A stretch of 64,000 nucleotides of DNA, taken from NCBI GenBank assembly GCA_951406725.2, contig OX597817.1:78368001-78432000 (forward strand), read 5' to 3'. The position numbers and the translations under genes were made by a program. The notes below the pieces were generated by a model. That model did no database searches. It saw only the letters and a list, made by a program, of their open reading frames with translations, and was not told where the DNA came from. The DNA is from Octopus vulgaris. Taxonomy: Eukaryota. Below, in pieces: positions 1 through 12,879 of this stretch. Positions within the stretch are counted from its first letter, which is position 1. Each line of letters begins with the position of its first letter.

Positions 1-507
1 GGCCTGTATAAATGTGTATGTATATACAGATGTTTCTGCCTGTGTGCAAGTATTCATATATGTGTGTACACACTCACGCAGGCATTTGGATATTTGTGCA
101 TATGTGTGAGTAAGTGTGTGTGTATATATGTGTGCATATATACATGTATGAATACATATATATGTGTGTATGAATGAAAGTATATGTATGAACATATATT
201 TTTGTGTGCATGGTTATCAGTGCCTGTGTATGTCAATGTATGTTTGTGAATGCACTTGCATATCTGAGTGTGTATGTATGCCACCTGTCTGTATATGTAC
301 GTCTGAAAGCACATTTGAACAAGAGCAAGTAATTATATTTTTAAGGGTGTGCGAAGGTGTGAAGTATGAGAATAAAAATTTGAGAAAAAAATAAATGAAC
401 AAAAATGAAAAAACAAACGACAAAAATCTAGTGCTATTAACCACTGAAAAGATGGTGCAACCAAAAACACAATATTTAGAGAAATTGGGAGGGAAGCAGA
501 GAGAGAG

Positions 508-541
<34 letters not shown>

Positions 542-1178
542 AGAGACAGAGAAGGAGAGAGAGAGAAAAGTCGCTAAGAGCTGGTTGTTGTTTATCATAA
601 ACTGATCATTGCCCCAAGTCATAGCTCGAAAATTCTTCAAGCTGATTAAACCTTCCCAGATTATTTATTTATTTTTTTCACCAATTCTCTTTGAAGTTAT
701 AAAATATTTTCTAAAGTCCCTGTATCCAATATGGTGTTTTAGTTTCATAGGTACCCCTACGGTTTATAGGAGACAGTTCTCCCTGTTTATAAAAGTTCAA
801 TCTTATTCCAGCTAAATAATGTAGTCGAAACTTTCTAATGCCTGCTGCCGTTTCTCTTTCCCGTCATTGATATATGCATTTCTTAACCCTTGTTCCTTTT
901 TCACCAGAAACCAAAAGTGACAAGTTCTTAAATTCTCAGTAAATATGTTAGATTCTTTTTTACTTTTTTATAAATTTATTCACTTCATCTTATGTAAATT
1001 ATTACCTATTTCATTTAAAAAATTTGAATATCTTTGTCAGTTGATTCACACCTCAAATAAATTCTCTAATCCCAAACTGGAGGATTACACCAACTAATAC
1101 GGATAGAATACCAGGAATCAGTCTTTACACATAAATAATTGCAATATTACTTAATGATTTGATGTCTAAATATAAATT

Positions 1179-1486
<308 letters not shown>

Positions 1487-1578
1487 GGTGTATATGGAAA
1501 TACATACATATATCATATGTATCTAAATATATACAAATATGTGGAGAAAAGAGGTATATTTTCATGCAGGTACGGATA

Positions 1579-1837
1579 TAGGTGAGTTGGTTTAGGAGTT
1601 GAAAATGTACCCAGCAAAATTTAATGAATGTTTGAATTTGTATTAACATTTAATTTTTTAAACAAGTTTTAACAAATTTTCTCCTATACCATCAATTTCA
1701 GTTAACATTTTTTTAAAAAACATTCCAAAGAATTGTTGAAACCGGTGTAGTACTTTTATAAATTTGACAGAAAAATTTTTAAAGACTTCAGTTTTTATGA
1801 CTCATGTGCATTTTCAATTTCCAAATCAACTCTCCTG
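1579..1837. mobile_element. Tc1/mariner-type MITE with ~30-bp TIRs and TA flanks
   Basis: Left end TA-taggtgagttggtttaggagttgaaaatgta matches the reverse complement of the right end (ta-caggagagttgatttggaaattgaaaatgca). No coding capacity. Confidence 0.7.
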
Positions 1838-2200
1838 TATATACATATGTGGGTGTGTGGGTGTGTGTGTGTGTGTGTGAGTGTGAGTGTGTGCACACAC
1901 ACACACACGTACATGCATATGTATTTTATTTGCTTGTGTTTGCTACATAAATGCAGTGAGGGAGAGGGAGAGAGAGAAAGGGTGGGAGCAATAGAGAGGG
2001 AGCAGGAAAGAAAGGGCGGGAGAGATAGAGAGGAGAGAGAGGGATGGAGAGAGTGAGAGAGAGTACTTCAAGAGAAAGAAGTGTTTCTAAAATATTTTTT
2101 CTTCATTTTGTGTTGACAATTTTTACTGGAGAGTGACAAATGGAAAGACGGTGCATATTTTTTATATTTTCCTTGTAACTTAACTAGTTGACTATATAAT

Positions 2201-2375
2201 TATCATCATCATCATCATCACCATCATCGTCGTTTAACATCTACTTTCCATACTGGCATGGGTTGGACAGTTTGACTGAGGACTGGCAAGGCTGCACCAG
2301 GCTCTGATCTGGCAAAGTTTCTACAGCTGGATATCCTTCCTAACACCAACCACTCCAGCACTGGCATCTACCACA
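2201..2375 (-). mobile_element. Fragment of RTE-tailed non-autonomous retroelement (family A)
   Basis: (CAT)n, then tttaacatctactttccatactggcatgggttggac...gctggatatccttcctaacaccaaccactc. Same as the ends of 3655-4345 and 29797-30600. Confidence 0.8.
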
Positions 2376-2552
2376 AAAAAGCAAAAGATGAAGGCAGGCG
2401 TGTAAACGACAAACAGGTGTATTAGTTTAATGCTTGGGAAGGTGAGAAAGTCTTTTCTGTTTCGAGCCTATGCTTTTCAATAGAAAGGAACACAAGAAAA
2501 TAAACAGAAAGAGAATGAAAAAAGAAAGCTGCTTTAGTAGCTAGCAGTCAAT

Positions 2553-2608
<56 letters not shown>

Positions 2609-2698
2609 AATATATATGTATAGGTACACACATATGTATATGTCTGTATCTATCCATATATATATATGTATGTCCCTGCATATACATATGCATATGTG

Positions 2699-2749
<51 letters not shown>

Positions 2750-2994
2750 ATGTATTTATACACACACACATTTATATATATATAAATAAATATATACATA
2801 CAGATACATATATATATATACATACATATACACACACACACATGTATGTATATCATAAGGGCTTATGATCTCATGGTTTGGGTATTACATTCATGAACTT
2901 GTGACATTGATTTTGATTCTCAACAGAATTTGAACCCAGAATGTAAAGATGAATGAAATACCACTAAGCAATTTTGCCAACTCACTGCCTTAGC

Positions 2995-3034
<40 letters not shown>

Positions 3035-3036
<2 letters not shown>

Positions 3037-3250
3037 CCTTTTTACTATAAGCACAAGGCCTGAAATTTTGCAGGAGGGGTCAAATTGATTACATTGACCT
3101 CTAGTGACTCACTGATATTTAATTATCGAACCAGAAATGATCAAAGGCAAAGTCGACTTCAACAGAATTTGAACATGGAACGTAAAGACAGACAAAGTAC
3201 TACTAAATATTTTGACTGGTATGCTAATGATTCTGCCAGTTCACCGCCTT
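3035..3250 (-). mobile_element. tRNA-derived SINE with Meta-like central domain (family M)
   Basis: Reverse complement of the 37521-37750 element, ending in an (ATT)n tail. A more degraded copy lies at ~2850-2992. Confidence 0.8.
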
Positions 3251-3567
3251 GTCAATAATAAATATCAATTATAATAAAGACACTTTTTGCAGCAAAATAT
3301 TACAGTAATAAAAGAACTGATGAATGGCTGTATGATGACTTTGTGATCATGTGAATCTCAGTACAGTGACACTGTGTAATATATTGGACAAATATTTTTG
3401 TCCTAGCCTAAGGTCAACCAAGGTGCTGTGAGTGGAATGTGGCAGACAAAATCTGTAGGGAAACTTACCAAATCTTTCTATGTCTGTCTCTATGTATTTA
3501 TGTATCTACATCCATCTATTTATCTTTCTACCTAGCCATCTGTGTATATTTATCTATCTACTTACTC

Positions 3568-3619
<52 letters not shown>

Positions 3620-3654
3620 ATATACATTTGTATATATGTGCATATATATATATA

Positions 3655-4345
3655 TCATCATCATCATCATCATCATCATTTAACGTCCGCTTTCCATGCT
3701 AGCATGGGTTGGACGGTTCAACTGTGGTCTGGGGAGCCCGAAAGCTGCACCAGTCCATTCAGATCTGGCAGTGTTTCTACAGCTGGATGCCCTTCCTAAC
3801 GCCAACCACTCTGAGAGTGTAGTGGGTGATTTTATGTGCCACCGACACAGGTGCCAGACGAGGCTGGCAAACGGCCACGCTCGGATGGTGTTTTTCATGT
3901 GCCACCGACACAGGTGCCAGACGAGGCTGGCAGACGGCCACGCTCGGATGGTGTTTTTATGTGCCACCGATACAGGTGCCAGATGAGGCTGGCAAAACGG
4001 CCACGATCGGATGGTGCTTGTTACGTGCCCACAGCACGGAGGCCAGTCGATGCGGTACTGGCTACGGCCACGTTCGGATGGTTTTCTTGTGTGCCACCGG
4101 CACTGGTACCACAAGGATACAAATTCCATTGATGTTCATCTATTTTGATTTGTTTTGATTTTCACTTGCCTCAACAGGTCTTCACAAGTGTCACAGGTGG
4201 ACTGACTACGTCCCAGGTAGGGGCCATGGGTTATGGCCTGACTAGTCTTGCCGGGTCTTCGGATGGTGTTTTTATGTGCCACCGACACAGGTGCTAGATG
4301 AGGCTGGCGAACGGCCACGATCGGATGGTGTTTGTCATGTGCCCA
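3655..4345 (-). mobile_element. Family A element with internal ~62-bp tandem units
   Basis: Tail on the minus strand reads ccaacccatgctagcatggaaagcggacgttaaa(tga)n. Contains the GGTTGGCGTTAGGAAGGGCATCC motif. Units start at 3835, 3898 and 3960, with more at ~4020-4100 and 4262-4345. Confidence 0.85.
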
Positions 4346-5671
4346 TATATATATATATATATATGCATGTGTTATATATATATAAATACAGTGTGCATTT
4401 AAACACATAAGAGGTATCCGTCATAGGATTCCTGGTACGCTAGAAGGAATAGCCAAAATCCAAACCACATGAATAATATATAGCCCATTGACTAATTTTT
4501 CTACACGTTAGGCCACTGGGAGAAAAAATTTCTAAAATTTTTATTACCTTGATATTATTAATTATATATAGATACATATATATAATTCAAACTATCTATC
4601 AGTGTACCTATATATGTCTATATCTGTCCATCTATCTGTCTTTCTACCCATGTAACTACCTATACCTATCTCTCTGCATTTGTTTGTCTCTCTCTTGCTC
4701 TCTCTCTCTCTCTCACTCTCTTTCTTTCTCTCTCACCATGTTGTATATAATTTGTTCATTGCTGAACTGTAGTTATTTTTACTCCCTCGCAGTGATCACT
4801 CTAACTTTTCTCTCTAACACCTTTTCCTTTCTCTCTCTCATTGCTTTTTCTCTTCTAGTTATTTGCTCACTTTGTACCAAACTGTGTCCCTCTTTCTCTC
4901 TTGACCTTCTCGTTAACTTTCTTTCTGTCCCCTCTCTCATATTTTCTCATTCATCAACCTCTTTTCTTGGACCTTGTTACTGCCGCTACTAAGCTAATCC
5001 CAACGTGCCTCTACCACACTCACCTTTTCTCACATTCAACTTTGTCCAGCTCGCATGTTCTTTAACCCCTGTCATTACTACAGTTCATAAGTCATCTTTT
5101 TCTGTTCTCTATCTTTCTTCTCCCTTGTTACTTGTTCTTATTGTTTTTCTCTTCCTTTTCCCCCTCTCTTTAACACTTTCTACCCCTGTCTCACTTCCTC
5201 TCCTATAACTTTTATTCCAACATAAGTTATATCTCTCTTCCTCAATTCACTCTGGCATTCTTCCTTGTTTTTCTGCACCAATTCAAAAGGCAATACTCAT
5301 CTTTCTTTTCACAGAACTTCATATGTGTCCTCCCATATTTGTCTCATTTGTATGTAGTTGTGTCTCATATTCCCACATTTCTTTTTGACATGCCTACTAC
5401 CACAGTCTTATTTACAACTGTCATACCCATAGAAGTAGTTTTATGCATTTAAGTGTGGTGAAACTGGGCTGATCCAGGATCCTATTGCTAATGAGAGACA
5501 ATTCATGTCTACTTGTTTTTCCCAATAATGACTTTCAACATCAACCAATATCATTTTGATTATATTCACATACACATGTATGAATGTTTATATAAGTACA
5601 TATAAATATTTATGTAAAAATCACATGCACATATATACATGTATATCTATCAATCTATCTTTTTCTGTTAT

Positions 5672-6345
5672 ACATACATATGTATGTTAAGTCTGAGGTC
5701 GTGTGAGAGGATGAATAGAGGCAAAACTTTGCCATCATCAGTGATCACTTCAGACACCATGATGTTGACTGGATGTTTGATTTTCATCACTCTCAGTATA
5801 TGCTTTGGGGACACAGCAAGCCAACTGTTGTTCTGTGTGTTCACCATTTGATCCTGGCAGAAATTTTTTTTGTCTGAGAAAAACAAAAGCATGTTCGGTT
5901 GGAAGGAATGCTTGAGTTTGTTCAAAAGCTTTGTAGCGCAGTCTTTCCTCTTGTCCTTGATGGCTTGGGATAAAAATTGGCCCTTTCTCATCTTGTATGA
6001 GGAATACCAAATGTCTTCATGCACTAGCTGCCTGATAAGAAACTCAGACACTCTCATGTCTCTGGCAACAGACCTGATTTACTTGGAGGAATCATTGTCA
6101 ATCATTGCCTGGATCTCACCAGCAAATTCAAGTGTTCTTTTCTTATCAGAATGATAAGAGAGAGTTTTCCAAGCTGCCATAGCTGTGTGATCATCATTAG
6201 ACTTATTTAATGCTTTCTGAATCCTCTGTACTGCCCTCAGATTGACACCCAAACACTCTGAAATGTTCATATTGGAGCTCCCAGCACAAATGCCAAGCAG
6301 TACCACATGATATTTCCAAATTTCTGGCAGAGTCAATTGTGTCAT
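5672..6345 (-). pseudogene. maT/DD37D-like (Tc1/mariner superfamily) transposase fragment
   Basis: ORF 5668-6057 reads FFSDKKNFCQDQMVNTQNN...VNIMVSEVITDDGKVLPLFI. Homologous to 42211-43073. Confidence 0.8.
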
Positions 6346-6530
6346 GGGGCCATTTTCGGCCTCGCAAGCCCGTGCTCTTTCCAAAACTTGAACCATAACA
6401 CCCTCAAGAGTTTTAGACCCTGCTTTTCTGATTTCTCTATTGATGTTCTTTTTCAGTTGCACCAGGGTCTCCAGTTTGTTCATGTAAACTCTCACTTTCA
6501 GGTCTCCCCACAACAAAAAAATCCAGTCTA
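6346..6530 (-). pseudogene. C-terminal fragment of a second Tc1/mariner-superfamily transposase
   Basis: LWGDLKVRVYMNKLETLVQLKKNINREI...RARACEAENG matches the conserved DFFLWGxLKxxVY...R..C...NG transposase C-terminus. Confidence 0.7.
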
Positions 6531-6918
6531 GTCAAGTCTATATTTAAAGTATATCAGTCAATGTGTTAGAGTTTAGATACAATCAGCTGTAACCATCTGA
6601 AATTAGTGCTCCAGAATGACCCCTACATAATGACTGTAGCCAATAGAAGGTTAAACAAGATATAATTCCCCCCACAGTTCGAACAACAGTTCTTGGTTTC
6701 TCCTTTTTCGGTCATCTCTAACAACTGTAAAAGAACTGCATGCCTCACATTTAACTGGATGGCACTTAGCCAGACTATATGCAATCTAACCAGATAAAGC
6801 ACAATATTCAATATTTAGGTTACCCAAATTTAATCTCAACTATGTCTAAAACAAGATCAAATTTATTAGTAATTCTTGATATATATATATATATCAAGAA
6901 TTACTAATATTTATATTA

Positions 6919-6989
<71 letters not shown>

Positions 6990-7003
6990 CACATGTAGGT
7001 ATG

Positions 7004-7060
<57 letters not shown>

Positions 7061-7463
7061 ATACAAACATACATATATACATAAATATTTACACATACAT
7101 ACACACACATACACACTTACTCTTTATCTATTTTTATCTCTGGCTAACTAGCTCTATCTTTTGCCTTCTTTCATATCGCTTACTTTTCCTTTTTCGTTAA
7201 CTTCAAACACAACAATAACGGATAACTCTTTAATCATAATAAAAATAATTACAATAATAATAATAATAGCAGCAACAACAACAGCAACAATGGCATTGGT
7301 GATTATGGTAATAATTATAAATCAACAAGAAAACAATGAAATATAACTATTTCTCTTTTATGTGGATTGTGCATCTTTGTAGATTTTGAAAGAATTATCC
7401 ATAACAGATTACATACAGCAATATAAACATACACACACTGATACACATACATACACAAATACA

Positions 7464-7509
<46 letters not shown>

Positions 7510-7520
7510 GGTAAATATAT

Positions 7521-7583
<63 letters not shown>

Positions 7584-7794
7584 ACATAGACATATACATG
7601 CATATTTGCGTGTATGCATGAATGTGTGTGTTATATGTGTACACACAAAAGCAACAATAATGCTACTTGAAAGAATCTTCACATTAGACAGGAGTGATAA
7701 AAACAATCAATTAAAGAAACTAATTTATCTATTTAACGGAGTTAGGCAGATAGATGCCTGTCAATGTGTAAACATATACATAGACAACACGTAT

Positions 7795-7886
<92 letters not shown>

Positions 7887-8875
7887 GTAAATATATATAT
7901 ATATACATATATATACATATGTATGTATAAGTATATGTCTGTATATGTTGTACATTTGTAGATGTATGAGTGATAGATAGTTGTCTATGTATGTCTATGT
8001 ATGTGTAGGTTTCTATCTGTATGTGTGTGTGTGTGTGACTATGTGTTCAGTGTTATATGTATGAAAGACAGACAGCTATATTTCAAAGAAGAAAGAGAGA
8101 ATGAAAATGTAGAACATCAAGAATGACAATGGTGAGGACAGCACTGTTTAAAGCACAAGAATCAGATATTCTCCCATTTATGATCAGATTATGCTATTAC
8201 AAAAAAGAGCAGGCAACAATTAATTGTAATGCATTGATATATATATATATCTCATGCAACTTTGTGTTATCAGTGATGTGTGCACCAGAGGATAAATTGC
8301 AGATGAAGTGGAAACATGATCCAAAAACATTAGTGGTTTGGTTTATAACCCTTGATGTTCTGAGATCAAATCCTTCTTAAGTTGATTTTGACAACAGTCC
8401 TTCTAATAACCAATAAAATATGTTGTGTCTGAAGTTATTTTTGTTGTTGTTGATGTTGTTGTTAATTGTTTAGCTGCAGGTTCGCTCTGATAGAGCTGAC
8501 TTATGAAGAGAGAGACTGTTTGATTTATGTGTCTTTGTATGTGTTTGTCCCCCCACAACTGTTTTATAATTGGTGTTAGCATGTTTATGACCCCTGTAAC
8601 TTAGCAGTTCAACGAAAGAGATGGATAGAATAAGTACTAGGCTTGAAAAATAAAAAGTACTGGAGGTTGGTTCATTTGGCTAAAAATCTTCAAGGTGATG
8701 TTCCAGCATGACTTCAGTCTAATGATAGAAACAAGTAAAAGATATATGGAAGATTATCATCATGATGAGTATTATTGATTAACGAAGAGAATATTGACAT
8801 GGGTAATTTACAGTTGAAACATTCAAACAAACACGATGCTTCTGTCATTGTTGGTTCTCTTTTGGCTGCTGTTGT

Positions 8876-9196
8876 TTAACCCCTTACCCAGCAAAGACGA
8901 GTTAACTTGTCTTCACCCAATTTGTCTTTTCAGAGTGTGATGAGTAAACTCGTCCAAAACATAGTTTCAAAAACAGCCACAGACAAGTTTATACAGCAAT
9001 TCTCAGTATTTCTCAGTTTTTATGTTTTTCTTTTACAAATTACACCCAGATGTTGAGCTCAGAAGATGACAATGAATATGAACCTTCTATTAGACGCTTG
9101 GATACATCAGATGAGAGTGCAAGCTCATCTGATAAAATGAATTCATCTGAAAATGAAACATTTTTCTCCAAAAAAAGTTACTGGGGAAGGAGTTAA
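8876..9196 (+). mobile_element. Internally deleted piggyBac-like element with TTAA duplications
   Basis: TTAA-ccccttacccag ... ctggggaaggag-TTAA imperfect TIRs. The interior encodes an acidic S/D/E-rich stretch (SSEDDNEYEPS...DTSDESASSSD) like piggyBac N-termini. Confidence 0.65.
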
Positions 9197-9604
9197 CACC
9201 AAGTCAGTCCTTATCCAGTAGATTAATTTGATAGACATGATGGCAGATTATTATAATTGTTAGCATTGGACACAATACTTTGCAGTATTTCTTGTGTTTT
9301 TTTTAACATTCTGATTTCAAATCCTACCAAGAACAGCTTAATTTTTCTTCTACAGTCATATATATTCTTCTTAGGCTGTTCAAACCCTGAGGTATGTGTA
9401 GACAATAATCACACTAAAGTTTGACTGAGTCTTCAAATACTTTATTAACTGCATTGTTGCATTTAAAAATATGCATTCAATAAATAAATAAAGCAAAATT
9501 CAACAAACAATGGTTAGGAATATTTTGCATGTAATGGCGATAGAACAAGGAAATTAATCCCTGGATGTGATTGCTATATTTAGTGGGTGAGAATTCTGGC
9601 AGTT

Positions 9605-9927
9605 TTCTGTGCTTGAGAAGACATGTGAAGATAAGTGAAATCATGGTTGTTCTTACATACAGGCATGTATCTCCTACATTCCTCCTCAGCTGAATGATCT
9701 TAACCTGGTGGGTTCATCACTGCTGGTGCCATATAAAAGGTATCACTACCAGAGCTGTATAAAAGCACCCAGTACACTCTGTAAAGTGGTTGGCATTAGG
9801 AAGGGCATTCAGCTATAGAAACCATGCCAAAACGGATATGGAACTTTGACAGCTCTTCAGCTGTCCAGCTCCTGTCAAACAGTCTAAACTATGCCAGCAT
9901 GGAGAGAGGTCATTAAATAAGGATGAT
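9605..9927 (+). mobile_element. Degenerate family A element
   Basis: aaaagcacccagtacactctgtaaagtggttggcattaggaagggcattcagc...tgccagcatggag. Confidence 0.75.
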
Positions 9928-11806
9928 TACAACTTGAGGTTGGTGCTTTTTGGTGAGTAAAACGTAAGTATGCTGTGTAATAAAAGTGAAAGAAGGGGAG
10001 AGAGAACGATTTGTTGAGACAAATGATATAGATTTTTCTAAATGGCTTATGGCCCTCTTGCTTGAAGGTGAATTTGATGGTTTTTTATAACTGCTAGCCA
10101 TACTTCTAGAATTTTCAGCCAAACAATTTGGCAGAAAAGTTTGTATACTTGATTTGAAGTTTACTACCCCCACCAAAAGTTAGCCAGCATTGAGTGGTTT
10201 AGCTGATTTGCAAAGGCATTAATATCCTTTATGGCAACACTTTTCTTTCCATAAAAATACATTAGTTTGTAATATTTGGGTTTGTCAACTGGATCTTGCA
10301 ACACATCTTTTTGGAGTCAATAAATTAAAGTGGTAGTCAAGTGTTGAAGTTGATTACATCAATAAAACTCCAGTTTTTGTCCTCCAAGTTCTTAGCTTAA
10401 AATACTTGAGGCATTATTGAGAAGAATGGAGCAACAAATCATGTAGGTGTTGTTAAGTGGATTCCTTTAGAACATGTTAATGCAAACCCTATGACTAGAA
10501 CTATTTCAAGAATATAAGAATATATACATCTGTACACACACATACACATACATATATAGATATATATGCTTATATATTTATACATACTTGCATACACACA
10601 CACAGAGATATATGAATATACATATTCACATATAATATACACACTCATATAGATATATATATGTATGTATTTATTTATACACTGTCCTGTCAAAATCACA
10701 TCTGAATTATAGTTCAAGTCTGCTTCAGCTTAATGTAATGAGTGTGTGTACATGTGTGTGTCTGTGCTAATGCATATATATGTGTATTAATGTATGTGTA
10801 TACACACACACATATATACTTATAAATAAATGCATATTTTATGCATCTAAATATATATATATATATATATATGTGTATATACGAGTATATATATATACAT
10901 CTATACATACACATATATAATATTCACACTTATATATATATAATATAATATATACATCTACACATATGTATATATGTTTATATATATGTGTGTGTGTGTA
11001 TGTATTTATTCACAAATACATTTATATATATATACTCATAAATATAAACACTCAGGCATCCACGCATATACTTGTGCATGTGTGTATGCATATATATTTA
11101 AATGCTTGTTTACATATTCATATGTAGGTCAGTGATCATTCATTTTTAATTCATATATCAAAAAAATAAAATAAAATAAATAAAATGAACAGATAAAATG
11201 AATAAAATAAGTGAAATTAACAAAATAAAATAAATACATAAATAAACAAAGATAATAAATATATAAATACATATATAACTAAGCAATAATTTTCGCATTG
11301 TCAGATAGTCTTCTCCCATCCTCTTTATCAAGCTTACATCTCGCAAACATTTGTATTTGAGAGCAAACGTGATTAATAAGATTTTTAAAAGTCTTGACCT
11401 TTGGCCGATATCTTCCATTGGGTTGCAGAAACAAAATTAATTGTTAATTAATCCTCATTGTATATTGGGTCATTTTAGAAAAATGTTTCCAATTTTCAAA
11501 AGACGTGGTATTAAAGAAAATTTCTAATGCAAGTTAATATTACATATATTTGTGTCTGAATTAATAATGCGTGATGGGAAATCTTCTAATCATTGTTTAA
11601 GTTTGGTTTTTGGAGGCTGGTGTTGGGTGTTGGTTTTAGAGAATGGGGTGAGGTTGGGATGGGTGTATTGTTTTTTGTTCAGTATATTTTTCTTATTTTC
11701 ATATTTATTGATAATATTTGTTTTATTTGAGTTGCTTATAATAATAATAATAATAAGAATAATAATAATAATAAGAAGAATTATAATAATAATAATAATA
11801 ATAATA

Positions 11807-11870
<64 letters not shown>

Positions 11871-12879
11871 TTATTATTATCACATCTTTTCGTGTATGTA
11901 ATCGAGCAATGGCTGGAGACAGAAAGAGAGTTAGAAAGAGGTGAAGAGAGAACAAAAGAGAGAGACAGAGTAGGAGAGAAAGGGAGAGAGAAAGAAGTGG
12001 GGATAGAGATAGAGCAGATTAATCCTTTTGCTTTTCTTTTTTTTTTTATCAATTTAAAACAATTTGGTTATGGACATTGTCGAATTACCATTGTAGATTA
12101 ACGATTAAATTAGTCTAAGAATAATCTGACCCCATCAACCATCCTCAATAAAACCAAATAAAAAAAGGGAAAATGCACCAAACAGAAATTGCTACTTTAA
12201 AATATAAAAAGCAATTAGACAAAAACATAAAGGGAAAGCCAAACAAAAAGAAACAAGAAATATTTTAAAATGAGATGATTTATAAAACAAAATTGAAGAA
12301 AAAATACCCACTTTAAAGGAATATTTAATTTATTTGCTGGTATCTAATTGATATATATTATTGTTGAATACATGGATTTCGTAAATTCAATCACATTTGT
12401 CTGTGTCTGTTTTTCAAGAATTTTATTGAATTAGAGCTGTAATTCTGTCAAATATTTAACTAATTCTGATGAATCTTCACTTTGCTAATTAACCTGAAAT
12501 TTTTAGTGTATTTTTTCTGCTAACATTTTGTTACTTTTTCAAATTTTGCTGTGAACTACATAATTATGTACTGATGTATGCATGTACACATTCGTATAAT
12601 GTATACATACATGCATACATACATACATACATATGTACATACATACATACATACATACATACATACATACATACATACATACATGCATGCATCCATGCAT
12701 ACATACACACCAATTTAAATCAAAAGTTTCTTTGGATTTCCACTGATGATTTCTGGCAATTTGTACCTCCATTTTGTATCATTAATTTGATAAAACTTCT
12801 TGTACAGTCGTTGCTGAAATGTTTGTTCTTTATTTTCTTATGTAAACAATAATTGCTTATTCTTTAAATTACAACTTTG

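Noticed and set aside
3318-3330. CTGATGA as a hammerhead or snoRNA box
   Set aside because: No helix II or GAAA in register. It lies at the head of a decayed family B SINE.
3835-3897. Surface resemblance of the unit to HDV (GGCCG..CCAGCCUC..CUGGC..GCCGG) and pistol ribozyme strings
   Set aside because: I could not build the nested double pseudoknot or the pistol pseudoknot by hand. It is kept only as an unclassified structured RNA candidate.
3826-4130. CRISPR-like appearance of regular repeats (also 29885-30330)
   Set aside because: Units are contiguous with no unique spacers, lie inside a retroelement, and no cas genes are present.
9913-10176. Ser-rich minus-strand ORF as a host exon
   Set aside because: No recognisable domain, it runs into a retroelement tail, and upstream frames are closed.
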